A stretch of DNA of 35,073 bases. Source: Candidatus Peregrinibacteria bacterium Greene1014_49. GTDB lineage: Bacteria; Patescibacteriota; Gracilibacteria; Peribacterales; Peribacteraceae. A model generated the notes under the pieces. That model searched no databases, was not told the DNA's origin, and saw only the letters and a list, made by a program, of their open reading frames with translations. Of this stretch, positions 1-9,822 are shown one piece after another. Every line of letters begins with the position of its first letter. The stretch's first letter is position 1. The stretch lies in NCBI GenBank assembly GCA_007376635.1, contig VMGQ01000010.1, positions 1 to 35,073 of the forward strand, read 5' to 3'. Both the position numbers and the translations under genes were made by a program.

Positions 1-122
1 GGAGACGCACTTTTTTTGGGCATGCAGAATTGGGAAGAGAATAACTCTTACCCTAGCCTAAAAGTCCGAGAATCATCTCTCATTATTTCCCTATAAACCA
101 ATTTTTCTGGAAATACGTAGTC

Positions 123-572
123 CTATACATCTCCGCTTTGCGTGCAGGAGAGGGAAGCATATTCAATACCTCGATCGTCAAGTTCCTGACGAAGTACCAA
201 GTCACCCGAAGCCATATCCGTAACGTAGTCCTCGACAGCTTGTCCGATCATCTTGATACAAGACTGCACTACATTGCGGTCACAAAGATCCTTATATATT
301 TGATGAGCTAAAGAAACCGAAATGATACCCGTGAATACAGTGGGCGCTATCCATTGTTGGTTGCCAAAAGCAACAAGAAGGGAGGAGAACATAGTGGCAT
401 TGGCATTGATAAGGAGATCGGACACCAAGGCGCGAATTTTGATGCAGATTTGCCTATGGCAGCGAGCATGAATGTCCAGCACTTCGCAAAAATGTTCACA
501 ATGCACATCACCAGCATCCGCACCCCGTGCAGCAAGAACTTGAGCCCGATGAATATCCTCTCTGGATCGCAT
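123..572 (-). CDS. hypothetical protein (149 aa)
   Basis: Longest ORF in the interval; TAGGAT -10-like box 8 nt upstream (581-586) and TGcTAGGAT at 588-596, matching the window-wide pattern; no recognisable motif. Confidence 0.45.
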   Translation of the reverse strand: MRSREDIHRAQVLAARGADAGDVHCEHFCEVLDIHARCHRQICIKIRALVSDLLINANATMFSSLLVAFGNQQWIAPTVFTGIISVSLAHQIYKDLCDRNVVQSCIKMIGQAVEDYVTDMASGDLVLRQELDDRGIEYASLSCTQSGDV

Positions 573-630
573 GGCCGGACATCCTAGATCCTAGCACTGT
601 TTTGAAAAGCCATATTCTCGAGTAATTTTC

Positions 631-3600
631 CTATACTACGAGTATCAGCTTCTTTTCTTTTTCCAAATCTCCTGGTTTCACTGCAATCGGTGTGAAGTCC
701 AGTGCCGTTATTTTTCCCCAAACCTCTCGGATCAGCTTCCTCAGATCATCTTTCTCTTTTTCTGTAACGCCAAACTGGCGCGTGACCGGATCTTCACCGC
801 GCTCACCGATGAACTCGACTGCAAATGCCTGCGGGGCAAGAAGTGGTTCGGCTTCTTCTAGAAGCAATGCATAGAACGCCATCTGCCGGAAAATGCTGCC
901 GTCCATCGTGCGCGATACGAAGCCTTCCTCAAGCCCTCCGCGGATATCATTCATGGACTTCGGAGCGCCGGTTTTATAATCAATGATAATGACATCGGCG
1001 GACGATTCTGCAACCTGATCGATGCGATCAATCTTTCCCTTTAGAGGAATACTCTCGCCGCCTTTGCTCTTCAATGCGATGTGTCCGCGGTAATCGCGTT
1101 CCACGGCATAGAGAACAGGCAATGTTCCCTGCAATCGCTGGATATAGTATTTTGCAAGGGCGCCTTTCGCCTGTGAAAGCAGATCGCGTTTTTGGAGTTC
1201 CGTGAGGATGGTGTGTTCCTGCAAGTAGGATGCAAAAGAAGCGACGAATTCTTTTTCGGTAAACGGCTCGCGCTTCTGAATGGCATACGCCCACTCCCGC
1301 AACGCCCAGTGCGTCGCAGATCCATAACCGAAGGCACGTAGTTCACTTTCCGTAAATTCCTCGGGTTGCTGCAGAAGATCAATGCGCAGAAATTCCTGCG
1401 GATCTTTCAGGAAACGTGTAAGCGATGTCGCTGAAAGCGCGAAATTTTCAAGTCGCTCATGCAGATACGCACGAAGTTCGGCATCATGATCAGATTTCGG
1501 CGGAAGCAGAAGGAGTGAGGACTGATCAGGATCACGGAGAGAACGATCTTCCTCCGGAAGCGGTCCGGCTTCAGCAAAAAACGCTGATGGAGCAACAGTG
1601 CGAATACGTTCGCCGACAGAAAACTCTTTTGGACAGATCATGATCAATTCTCGTTTAGCCCTCGTCATAGCGACATAAGCGACTCTGCGTTCATCCTGGT
1701 GCTTCTCGAAGCGTTTCTGTTCAGTCTCCCATCCGAAGAGCAAATCCTCCGGAATGGAAAGCCCTGAGGGGCTGCGGCGTTCATCCCAGTGCCCATCGCG
1801 GAAGCTGCTCAAGATCACCGCCTGGAATTCAAGACCTTTGCTTTGGTGTGCCGTGAGGAGTGCTACGCCCTCGGATACGAGATGCGGGATTTGATAGGTA
1901 AGACGAACCTGGCTGAATGCCTCGTCGCGGAAGAATTGCAGCTCTTCAATGAATTGCCGAAGCATGAAATCCGGAGTTTCCAGAGAGCGTTGCTTCACGT
2001 ACTGGAAGAATGCTTCGATGACCGCAAGATCGATGGGATCAATCGTACAGGCAGAAGCGGAAATTCCCGAAAGCCTCAGGGCAGTTTCCACAGTGAGAAG
2101 CACCGTGCGCGATTCCTGCTTCAAGCGAAGATCGAGGAGCGTATCTCTGGCATGGATGAGTTTTTCGCGATCGGCAAATGGGAGCGAGGAAGCTTCGATA
2201 TCGAGGAGGATGTCTCCGATCGGACGCTTCTGCTCGCGCGCCGCCTGGGAAATTCTCCCGAGATCCGAAACGGCGCATCCAAATGTGTCGCACGCCATCG
2301 CCTGAAGGAGAAGTGTATCGCTTGAGCCTTGCGCACACCGGAGCATCAGCAACACCTGCATGACCAGAGGATGGGTGAGTAAATCTGCTTTTCCGTGGAG
2401 AATGACTGGAATGCCACGCGCGCGAAGCACGTCGTAGATCGGGCGCAGTTCATGATTCGTTTGTGTAAGAACGGCAATTTCTTTAAGAGGAATACTTTTC
2501 TTCAATTGCTCCTCAATGCAATCGGCAATAAGCCATGGCTCTGCTGCATCGGAGGGAGATCGCAGAAGCAGCGGATCTGAGCCCTTGTCTTTCGTATGCG
2601 CCACAAGATCTTTGTGAAGATCTGGAATTCTGCCGACCAGGCGCTCTTCGTTATGAGCAATGAGACGACCGGCGGCATCGAGGATTGTCTGCGTCGAACG
2701 GTAACTGGTTTTGAGCACGATGACCGGAGCCTTGGGAAACCGGTCGCGAAACTGCATCAGATGCTCGATATTTGCACCCTGGAACCGATAGATCGCCTGA
2801 TCGTCATCGCCGACGAGGAAGAAATTCGGCTCGTTTGGACTCGCGTCATACGTGGTAAGGCGCTCGATGACTTTCCACTGCGCGCCATTTAAATCCTGCG
2901 CCTCATCGACCAGAATGTACTGATACAGCTCCTGGTAGCCTTGCAGGAGCCAGTCTTCCTCACGGAGAGCCTTGGAAACGACCAAGATCATGTCATCATA
3001 GTCATAGGCACCATGCTTAGAGCAATACTCTTGGTAACGCGCGAAGAGATCAACGAAATCCCGAAATTTTTTCGCCTGCAAGAGATTTTTCACGTGCTGC
3101 TTCGTCGTCGGCTTGCTCTTCTTCGCCATGAGAGCGTCATAGTCCTTCGCAACGCGTTCTAAATCATCGAGGGTTTTCCCTTCCCTCTTGCATTCGCTGA
3201 TTCTGCCGAGGATTGCCGGAATCCTCTCGTACGGATTTTTTGCGTTGATGAGAGCAGAAGAATCACTGATCTGATCAATGATCCCCTGCATCGCCTGGTA
3301 CTTTCTCACATCGGATAGATGCTTTCCTGTATCCCAATCGGAAAATACCGTCGCATTGCGCTTGATGATCGCATCGCAAAACCCATGGACGGTGTTCACC
3401 GTCACGCTGTACGCATCTGATCCAATGAGCGAGCGAAGACGCTCGCGCATGGCTGTCGCCCCGGATGTGGAAAAGGTGAGACAGAGGATGTTACTCGGGC
3501 GTGCATGCGTTTTGCTGAGAATATTCGCCGTACGCATAGCAAGGACTTGTGTTTTTCCCGTACCGGGGCCAGCGATGACCATGACCGGTCCTTCGATCGT

Positions 3601-3657
3601 ATCGACTGCGAGTTTTTGATCGGGATTGAGGTGGAGGTATTGCTCGGTAAAAGACAT
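631..3657 (-). CDS. UvrD/PcrA-family ATP-dependent DNA helicase fused to a C-terminal PD-(D/E)XK (AddA/RecB-like) nuclease
   Basis: LNPDQ Q motif, AGPGTGKT Walker A, LVDEAQD, VGDDDQAIYRFQGA, YRS, TAHQSKGLEF, ERRVAYVAMTRAK; C-terminal GKIDRID...IIDYKTG...QMAFYA. Start reassigned to ATG 3657 (MSFTEQ) because the longer ORF overlaps the DUF378 gene and TGtTACCAT lies 6 nt upstream. Confidence 0.93.
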   Translation of the reverse strand: MSFTEQYLHLNPDQKLAVDTIEGPVMVIAGPGTGKTQVLAMRTANILSKTHARPSNILCLTFSTSGATAMRERLRSLIGSDAYSVTVNTVHGFCDAIIKRNATVFSDWDTGKHLSDVRKYQAMQGIIDQISDSSALINAKNPYERIPAILGRISECKREGKTLDDLERVAKDYDALMAKKSKPTTKQHVKNLLQAKKFRDFVDLFARYQEYCSKHGAYDYDDMILVVSKALREEDWLLQGYQELYQYILVDEAQDLNGAQWKVIERLTTYDASPNEPNFFLVGDDDQAIYRFQGANIEHLMQFRDRFPKAPVIVLKTSYRSTQTILDAAGRLIAHNEERLVGRIPDLHKDLVAHTKDKGSDPLLLRSPSDAAEPWLIADCIEEQLKKSIPLKEIAVLTQTNHELRPIYDVLRARGIPVILHGKADLLTHPLVMQVLLMLRCAQGSSDTLLLQAMACDTFGCAVSDLGRISQAAREQKRPIGDILLDIEASSLPFADREKLIHARDTLLDLRLKQESRTVLLTVETALRLSGISASACTIDPIDLAVIEAFFQYVKQRSLETPDFMLRQFIEELQFFRDEAFSQVRLTYQIPHLVSEGVALLTAHQSKGLEFQAVILSSFRDGHWDERRSPSGLSIPEDLLFGWETEQKRFEKHQDERRVAYVAMTRAKRELIMICPKEFSVGERIRTVAPSAFFAEAGPLPEEDRSLRDPDQSSLLLLPPKSDHDAELRAYLHERLENFALSATSLTRFLKDPQEFLRIDLLQQPEEFTESELRAFGYGSATHWALREWAYAIQKREPFTEKEFVASFASYLQEHTILTELQKRDLLSQAKGALAKYYIQRLQGTLPVLYAVERDYRGHIALKSKGGESIPLKGKIDRIDQVAESSADVIIIDYKTGAPKSMNDIRGGLEEGFVSRTMDGSIFRQMAFYALLLEEAEPLLAPQAFAVEFIGERGEDPVTRQFGVTEKEKDDLRKLIREVWGKITALDFTPIAVKPGDLEKEKKLILVV

Positions 3658-3781
3658 GCCAAAATGGTAACACGAATCAAGAACACAAAATTTGTTCTTC
3701 TCAAGGCAATCTGCTCTTGTATTCCATGGTGAATGATAGAATCCGACTGAGAATTTTCTATTCCTTTTCTCCTTTCTCCTT

Positions 3782-4021
3782 ATGGGTTGTTGCTCCTCTG
3801 GCGGCTGTAAAGGCTGCGAAGTCGGTTTTATCCTCGTCATGATCGGTGCTCTCAACTGGGGACTCATCGGTCTCGGCGGTTTCCTTGGGCGTGACTTGAA
3901 TGTCGTCCACATGCTTCTCGGAACCTGGCCAGCAGTGGAATCCATTGTGTATCTGCTCGTCGGAGTCGCTGCACTCGCGAAGATTTTAAATCTCTGCAAG
4001 TGCTGCAAGAAAACTGCTTAA
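3782..4021 (+). CDS. DUF378 family small membrane protein
   Basis: ILVMIGALNWGLIGL...NVVHMLLG...IVYLLVGVAAL matches the DUF378 pattern; Cys-rich termini. Confidence 0.88.
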   Translation: MGCCSSGGCKGCEVGFILVMIGALNWGLIGLGGFLGRDLNVVHMLLGTWPAVESIVYLLVGVAALAKILNLCKCCKKTA

Positions 4022-4038
4022 TAGTTTTGTAACCGATG

Positions 4039-4074
4039 AAAATAGCCTTCCGATGAGCGGGAGGCTGTTTTTTT
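4039..4074. terminator. probable bidirectional intrinsic terminator between DUF378 gene and rpoD
   Basis: AAAATAGCCTTCCG-ATGAG-CGGGAGGCTGTTTTTTT hairpin with A and T tails between convergent genes. Confidence 0.8.
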
Positions 4075-5485
4075 AAAACTTTCCCAATTCATACGCACAC
4101 CGATCACACTTCCTATAGGGCTTCCCTTCTCTGATCAAATCCACCAGCGTTCCCTTCCTACATTGCGGACATTCACGGATGGAGAGAGATCTTGGATGAT
4201 CGCGCATTTTCTGGAGCACTTTTGCCTCGATCTGACGGATACGCTCGCGCGTGACGCCGAATTCCTTGCCGACTTCCTCGAGGGTGTGACCTATCCCATC
4301 CTTCAACCCGAAACGCATTTCGATAATCTTGCGTTCGCGCGGAGTGAGGAATTCAAGCATCGCATGAACATTTTCTTTCCTGAGCTGCCGGTTTGTGGCC
4401 TCGAAGGGGTTCACTGCTTCTTCGTCTTCGATGAAATCGCCGAGCTTGGAGTCTTCCTCGGAACCGACCGGAGACTCAAGCGAGATGATGTCCTGGCTGA
4501 TTTTCTGGATATGGCGGACTTTCTTGATGTCCATCGCCATTTCCACAGAGAGTTCCTCGACTGTCGGCTCACGACCGAGCTCCTGAACCAATCTGCGCTG
4601 TGTATGCGTGAGTTTATTGATCGTTTCTACCATGTGCACGGGGATACGGATGGTACGTGCCTGATCGGCAATCGCTCGTGTAATAGCTTGCCGAATCCAC
4701 CATGTGGCGTAGGTCGAGAACTTAAATCCCCGCTCCGGATCGAACTTTTCGACGGCTCGGAAAAGCCCGATGTTGCCCTCTTGGATGAGATCAAGGAACG
4801 ATAGCCCACGTCCTATATATTTCTTTGCAATACTCACGACAAGACGAAGGTTTGCTTCTGCAAGTTGCTGCTTGGCCGATGCATCGCCTTTGCGGATACG
4901 CCTGGCAAGCTCCACTTCCTTACGACCGTCGATGAGCGGCACACGGCCGATCTCCGAGAGATACATACGAACGGAGTCGTTGCTGATTTCAAGAAGATCC
5001 ACTTCCCGTTCCTTACGACGTTTCTGTTTCTCCTCCACACTCTCCTCCTTTTCATCGATGGCGATACCGGCCGTCGCCACCATCTGAAGCATGTCATCAT
5101 CTTCGTCATCCACTTTTCCCGCAACAGATTCCTCCTCGTCGGCTTCGGCCTCGGCCTCTTCCTCACTTTCTTCTTCATTGGTTTCCACACCGGCTGCGAC
5201 GATTTCCGTAAGATCCTGGGTCGGCTCTTCGGTCTTCCCTTTCTTCTCCCAGATAAGAGCATCCTGAACATCGATGACCTGAATCCCGAGATCCGTGAGA
5301 AGTGTGTAGATTTCATCAAGGAGTTCCACATTTTCTTCGGCGTTCGGAACTACAGACATAATTTCCTGATGGGTCACATAACGCTGCTCGCGACCTTTTT
5401 TTATCAAATGTTTGACTGAATCAGGAAATTTCTTCAAGTCGTCATCCGTCGGCTGGGCGATGAATTTACGGGGATGGGAGGCCAT
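4073..5485 (-). CDS. rpoD: RNA polymerase primary sigma factor RpoD, with C-terminal zinc-ribbon extension
   Basis: Region 1.1-like N-terminus, [11 protein letters not shown] (1.2), [65 protein letters not shown]; directly downstream of dnaG; start at ATG 5485 (MASHP). Confidence 0.97.
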   Translation of the reverse strand: MASHPRKFIAQPTDDDLKKFPDSVKHLIKKGREQRYVTHQEIMSVVPNAEENVELLDEIYTLLTDLGIQVIDVQDALIWEKKGKTEEPTQDLTEIVAAGVETNEEESEEEAEAEADEEESVAGKVDDEDDDMLQMVATAGIAIDEKEESVEEKQKRRKEREVDLLEISNDSVRMYLSEIGRVPLIDGRKEVELARRIRKGDASAKQQLAEANLRLVVSIAKKYIGRGLSFLDLIQEGNIGLFRAVEKFDPERGFKFSTYATWWIRQAITRAIADQARTIRIPVHMVETINKLTHTQRRLVQELGREPTVEELSVEMAMDIKKVRHIQKISQDIISLESPVGSEEDSKLGDFIEDEEAVNPFEATNRQLRKENVHAMLEFLTPRERKIIEMRFGLKDGIGHTLEEVGKEFGVTRERIRQIEAKVLQKMRDHPRSLSIRECPQCRKGTLVDLIREGKPYRKCDRCAYELGKF

Positions 5486-5567
5486 AGTGCAGGTACGGGC
5501 TATCAAACCCGTCGCGGGACAGCCTACAGGGGATTCCAAGCAAGGAAAAGCGGTATTTGAGTATTAT

Positions 5568-7307
5568 TTATCCCGCCATTTTACTCAGCTTCAATATCTG
5601 CTGATACTGTGTCGACAAGTGCGCTTCGTCCGTCACTTTCCCCTCTCTGCGGGCAATCGCAAGCTTTGCCATCACATCGCGCTGTTTGATGAGGATGGTT
5701 GCGCGATTGGCCTGCTGGCAATTGTTGCGGATTTCATTGGCAGCAAGACTCTCAGACCATTCATGGAATCCATGCTGCTCACAAAAAAGCAAAAGCACGG
5801 CCAACCGTTCGGCATGCTCGGGAGAAAGAGCGGGTTCCGATTCCAGAGCAGCCGTAAGTGCTGTGTGGAGCGCTGCACCGAAGGAATCGTCTGGAGGGAT
5901 CAACTCGGGAAGGAATTTCCGTAATTTCGGATAAAGCGTAAAGAGCGCAAGTGCTATCTGTGCTGGAGAAAAGAGCGATGGAGCAGCCGTTACGGTCGCT
6001 GTCATCGGATGTTTGAGGACAATACGAGGAGGAGTCTGCCCCGTAAGCATGCGGCCGAGATCTTCCTTGAGCGCAGTTTCCGTTGTTCCGAATATTGCAG
6101 CAAAAGATGCGACGTAGTGCTCACGCTCGACTGCTGTAGGAAGAGCCGCAAGCAATGTTAATGCTCGCTGAAGTTCTTGTCTTTTCTCTTCAGGGCGCGA
6201 AAAATTTTTCCCACGCATCCGGAATAATGCGAGTTCAAGATAAGGACGCGCATCATCGGTGATACGCTTTTTCAGATCTTCAGCATCTGCCTGGACCGCC
6301 TCATCCGGATCTTTTGCGGTGATTTCCGCGGCGAGAACCATGATCCCTTCTTTGCTTAAGAGGAGAAATGCACGCTCGGCTGCTTCCTGGCCAGCACGAT
6401 CCGCATCGAGGCAGAGAACAACGGCGTCTGCACCCCGCTTGAGAATGCGGGCATGCTCTTCTGTGAGAGCCGTGCCGCTTACCGCTACAACATTTTTAAT
6501 CCCGATTTTATGACAGGCGACCACATCGAAGTATCCCTCCACCATGATCACGCGCTTCGTCTCGCGAATAGCTTCGCGCGCTAAATGCAGCCCGAAGAGA
6601 ATGCTGCTTTTTTTATAGAGAGGGCCTTCCGAAGAATTGATGTACTTTGCGTCATCCTCACTGAGGGTACGGCCACCAAATGCCACGATCCGCCCCTGGA
6701 CATCGCTAATGGGAAACATCAGACGGTTGCGGAAACGATCGTAGATACGCTCTTCGGAAAGTTCCTTTTGAACTCCAAGTCCTGCAGCAATGATTTCCTT
6801 CCTGCTAAAGCCCTCTTTCAATAAAAATTGATACGTGTCGCTGAAAGAATCGGGTGCAAATCCTATGCCGAATGTTTCGATAAGCTCTGTAGGAACTCCT
6901 CTCTTCTCGATATACTTCGTCGCAAGATCGGAGGACTGTAGATTCCTGCGAAAGAATTTCTGCGCTGCATCAATGCATTCACGTAGCCGCTCTTTCTCGT
7001 CTTTGTCGACAATCGGCGCGTCACTGCGCTTCGGTAAGGGGACACCAGTGCGCTCGGCAAGCTCACGGATCGCCTGCGGAAAATCCACGTTCTCGATTTT
7101 TTGGTAGAACGAGAAAATGTCTCCGCCGGAGTTGCACGCAAAGCAGTACGCGATCCCCTTGTCCGGGGAAATCAGGAAGCTCGGATGCTTGTCGTTGTGA
7201 AACGGGCAGAGCGAAACGAAGCTTCTGCCCTTGGGCTTCATCTGCACATATTGCCCGACGAGCTGCTCGATCGAGAGACGCGCTTTGATTTCAGAGACGG
7301 GATCCAT
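5568..7307 (-). CDS. dnaG: DNA primase
   Basis: CPFHNDKHPSF...CFAC zinc finger, DRFRNRLMFPI, FGGR, KYINS, VEGYFDV and DADRAG TOPRIM motifs, KDPDE. Confidence 0.97.
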   Translation of the reverse strand: MDPVSEIKARLSIEQLVGQYVQMKPKGRSFVSLCPFHNDKHPSFLISPDKGIAYCFACNSGGDIFSFYQKIENVDFPQAIRELAERTGVPLPKRSDAPIVDKDEKERLRECIDAAQKFFRRNLQSSDLATKYIEKRGVPTELIETFGIGFAPDSFSDTYQFLLKEGFSRKEIIAAGLGVQKELSEERIYDRFRNRLMFPISDVQGRIVAFGGRTLSEDDAKYINSSEGPLYKKSSILFGLHLAREAIRETKRVIMVEGYFDVVACHKIGIKNVVAVSGTALTEEHARILKRGADAVVLCLDADRAGQEAAERAFLLLSKEGIMVLAAEITAKDPDEAVQADAEDLKKRITDDARPYLELALFRMRGKNFSRPEEKRQELQRALTLLAALPTAVEREHYVASFAAIFGTTETALKEDLGRMLTGQTPPRIVLKHPMTATVTAAPSLFSPAQIALALFTLYPKLRKFLPELIPPDDSFGAALHTALTAALESEPALSPEHAERLAVLLLFCEQHGFHEWSESLAANEIRNNCQQANRATILIKQRDVMAKLAIARREGKVTDEAHLSTQYQQILKLSKMAG

Positions 7308-7356
7308 GGGAAGGGATTATAGAGGGGAAAATTCCGAATGTGATTGACATCGTCCT

Positions 7357-7420
7357 GGTAGAGACGGCACGTTGTGCCGTCTCACTTGGACCGGAGACGG
7401 CATACCATGCCGTCTCTACC
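7357..7420. repeat. inverted pair of GTAG-type REP-like palindromes (REPIN-like)
   Basis: GTAGAGACGGCAC-GTT-GTGCCGTCTC (7358-7383) and GAGACGGCAT-ACC-ATGCCGTCTCTAC (7394-7419), inverted relative to each other. Confidence 0.8.
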
Positions 7421-7453
7421 GCAAGCGATTCCGGCGTTTTCCATTTTACTCAT

Positions 7454-8926
7454 TTACGATCCCCGTAATTGCACAATCCACCGCGATAACCGATTCTTCA
7501 AAAATCCTTCTTTGGCAAGACCTCTTCCAATTGCCAAATTATTCCAATGCAAAATCATATCTCCCTCTACATCCTCTCGGCATTCGATATTCTGCCCTTC
7601 CAATAATTCCTGTAATTCCGCATCGTTCACGATAAGTATTCCCTGCAACGCATCCATGCCACGTGCTGAAGCCAATTCATCGGTGATCCGGAAACGGCCA
7701 TCTTTGAGTCCTTTTGCATACGGCAAGCCCATGCCGTAGTCGACAATCGGCATCGGGAGTGATGCAGCGACCTCGGTAGTCAGTAATACCAAATCACCGC
7801 GATGCACGAGCAGCTCTCCTTCGCGAACAAAATCTGTCCCATACATATCCGATATTCTTTTGCGGATTTCTGCTTCGGTGCTCCGTGGAAAGCGTTCCTC
7901 GCGACGTGGAACCGATGGAACACGTTCGATGCGCCGGGTCGGAGCGGTCTTGCGAAGAACAGCGCAGAAGAAACCTTCGGTGTCGTAGGTCTGGGGCCAA
8001 ATGCGGAGAAGGGGGCAGGGGGTAGCGTGCAAGAAGCAGCCTTCTTTGGTGAGATATTCCTGAACGGTATGCGAGTCTTCTATGGCTCGTTCAAACAATA
8101 ACTGTTCCTTGCCCCCTTCTAATTGCCCCCTCGGATCGATGACCTCCAACTGATCACAAAATTTGTTCATTGTATTCAGCACCACTCCCTCATTTTCTTC
8201 CGGAGTAAGCGTGCATGTGGAGTACACGATTGTGCCACCGACTTTGGTCGCATGGATCGCCGCCTCGAGAAGTTCCATCTGCAGCCGCGCCATCTTCGCG
8301 ATATTTTCTGATCCGCAAAAATTCAGCGCATCGCTGTCTTTGCGCACCGTTCCCTGAGCCGTGCACGGCGCATCGCAGAGCACACGATCAAATTGCTCCG
8401 TCATCTGCTTCCCGAACCACTGTCCGACCTTCTTTGTGAGAATGACATTCGTCACTCCGGAGCGCTGGCACGCAGTGTTTAATGTCCACATGCGTTTTTC
8501 TTGAACTTCATTGGCAACGATGAGTCCCCTACCGCTCATCGCCGCGGCAATTTGTGTCGTCTTGCTCCCCGGTGCAGCGCACATATCGAGTACGGCCTCG
8601 CCGGGCTTGGCTCCAAGCATAACCGGAGGCAGCATCGAGGATGCTTCTTGCAGATACACATGACCGAGGAGATGCAGGAGATCTTTACCAAGGGCTTCGG
8701 TGCGATCCTCTCTGTCGATAAAAAATCCTTCAGGACACCAAGGAACTGGTGTTAGCTTCCATCCTTGTTCGGATGCGCGATGCAGAACTTCCTCGACCGT
8801 CGTCTTAAGGGTATTCACTCGGATACATTTTCGCAGGGGGCGAGCACTTGCAGCTTTCAAGGCAACAAGATCGGTAAAGGGGGCGTAGCGGTCAAGGGGG
8901 ATGAAGAGATTTGAAGACACTGCCAT
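7454..8926 (-). CDS. rsmF: RsmF/YebU-type rRNA m5C methyltransferase (RsmB/NOP family)
   Basis: IRVNTLK, YLQEASSMLP, VLDMCAAPGSKTTQ, DRVLCDAPC, VYSTCT..PEENE, EGFF; RsmF-like C-terminal domain. Confidence 0.88.
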   Translation of the reverse strand: MAVSSNLFIPLDRYAPFTDLVALKAASARPLRKCIRVNTLKTTVEEVLHRASEQGWKLTPVPWCPEGFFIDREDRTEALGKDLLHLLGHVYLQEASSMLPPVMLGAKPGEAVLDMCAAPGSKTTQIAAAMSGRGLIVANEVQEKRMWTLNTACQRSGVTNVILTKKVGQWFGKQMTEQFDRVLCDAPCTAQGTVRKDSDALNFCGSENIAKMARLQMELLEAAIHATKVGGTIVYSTCTLTPEENEGVVLNTMNKFCDQLEVIDPRGQLEGGKEQLLFERAIEDSHTVQEYLTKEGCFLHATPCPLLRIWPQTYDTEGFFCAVLRKTAPTRRIERVPSVPRREERFPRSTEAEIRKRISDMYGTDFVREGELLVHRGDLVLLTTEVAASLPMPIVDYGMGLPYAKGLKDGRFRITDELASARGMDALQGILIVNDAELQELLEGQNIECREDVEGDMILHWNNLAIGRGLAKEGFLKNRLSRWIVQLRGS

Positions 8927-8981
8927 ACTGTAGCAATGTTCGGATTGAGGAATGGTATTTACATAAAATGAATGAACTCAC

Positions 8982-9009
8982 TTGTCAATATCCCACCAAT
9001 TTGTAGTAT
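8982..9009 (+). promoter_or_regulatory. sigma70-like promoter for the 9016 gene
   Basis: TTGTCA-16 nt-TAGTAT, 6 nt before the ATG. Confidence 0.45.
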
Positions 9010-9015
9010 GAAACT

Positions 9016-9822
9016 ATGGCAGAGACAATAGAGGAAGCTCTCAGCACCGCAGTGCATATGCCCTATAATTCTGCAGGATCCCTTATGGCGGTCGCTGGAA
9101 AGTTTCAGGAGAAATTGGGGGGAACTTGCGCTCAGCAATTGATACGAACTCGCAAGCTTCTTTCGAACATCGGCATCGAAATGGATTTTCTTAGAGCACT
9201 GAATGGAAGTGTTCACCATGCTGGCATTGCAACCGTCACTGGAGAACAATTTTTTCTGGATCCGTCAAAAGGACAGAGGAAGCCCATTTCACTGACAAAA
9301 CTCTTTGAATCAAAAACACCTCAATTCTCAGAAGCATTTCCTACAAATCTACGCACTCGGAGACTCATTACTCTAGTAAGGGGGGAAGAACCGGAGACAT
9401 TCAGCCAGCATACAACCACATTTAATGCTACCACTGGCCCATCTGGGAAAACGGATTCAGAATTCTTCAATCTGAGAAATAGAGATAGTGAACCTCCGAA
9501 TTCCGAGATCGACTGTGCAACGATCTTACGAGAAGAAGCAATTCGAATGGTAACTGTTCTTCGTTGTAAGAATCCAAAGTATGACAAAGATGTAGGTGTT
9601 GTAAAAGTTACTGCCGACGGAAAATTCACTGCACGGTTTTTGGGAGGCCCTTCGGAAAAAAAGGATGTCGCGTTTAGAATTTTCCGCGAAACAGCTCGTG
9701 CTTGTGGTGTAAAACCCAAAGAATTGCGGGAATACCTTAGAGAGGCATTATTGTTCCTGATTAGAGATCTCGGTACGCCCATAAAGGAAGCATCTGTGCC
9801 AATAGATTCCGTTACCCCCTAA
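9016..9822 (+). CDS. transglutaminase-like / arylamine N-acetyltransferase-like protein (putative Cys-His-Asp triad)
   Basis: HMPYNS...LGGTCAQQ...LLSNIGIE...HHAGIATV...FFLDPS...PISL resembles the NAT pattern IPFENL...RGGYC...LGF...H..L.V...YLVD.G...PL.L. Confidence 0.6.
   Translation: MAETIEEALSTAVHMPYNSAGSLMAVAGKFQEKLGGTCAQQLIRTRKLLSNIGIEMDFLRALNGSVHHAGIATVTGEQFFLDPSKGQRKPISLTKLFESKTPQFSEAFPTNLRTRRLITLVRGEEPETFSQHTTTFNATTGPSGKTDSEFFNLRNRDSEPPNSEIDCATILREEAIRMVTVLRCKNPKYDKDVGVVKVTADGKFTARFLGGPSEKKDVAFRIFRETARACGVKPKELREYLREALLFLIRDLGTPIKEASVPIDSVTP

Noticed and set aside
1..23. Possible minus-strand gene start (MPKKSAS...) running off the window
   Set aside because: Only seven codons are visible; cannot be supported
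354..587. 77-aa plus-strand ORF
   Set aside because: Overlaps the longer minus-strand ORF that has the typical upstream -10 box; no motif
3658..4008. 117-aa N-terminal extension of the helicase ORF
   Set aside because: It is the antisense shadow of the DUF378 gene; helicase homology begins at MSFTEQ, which has its own -10 box
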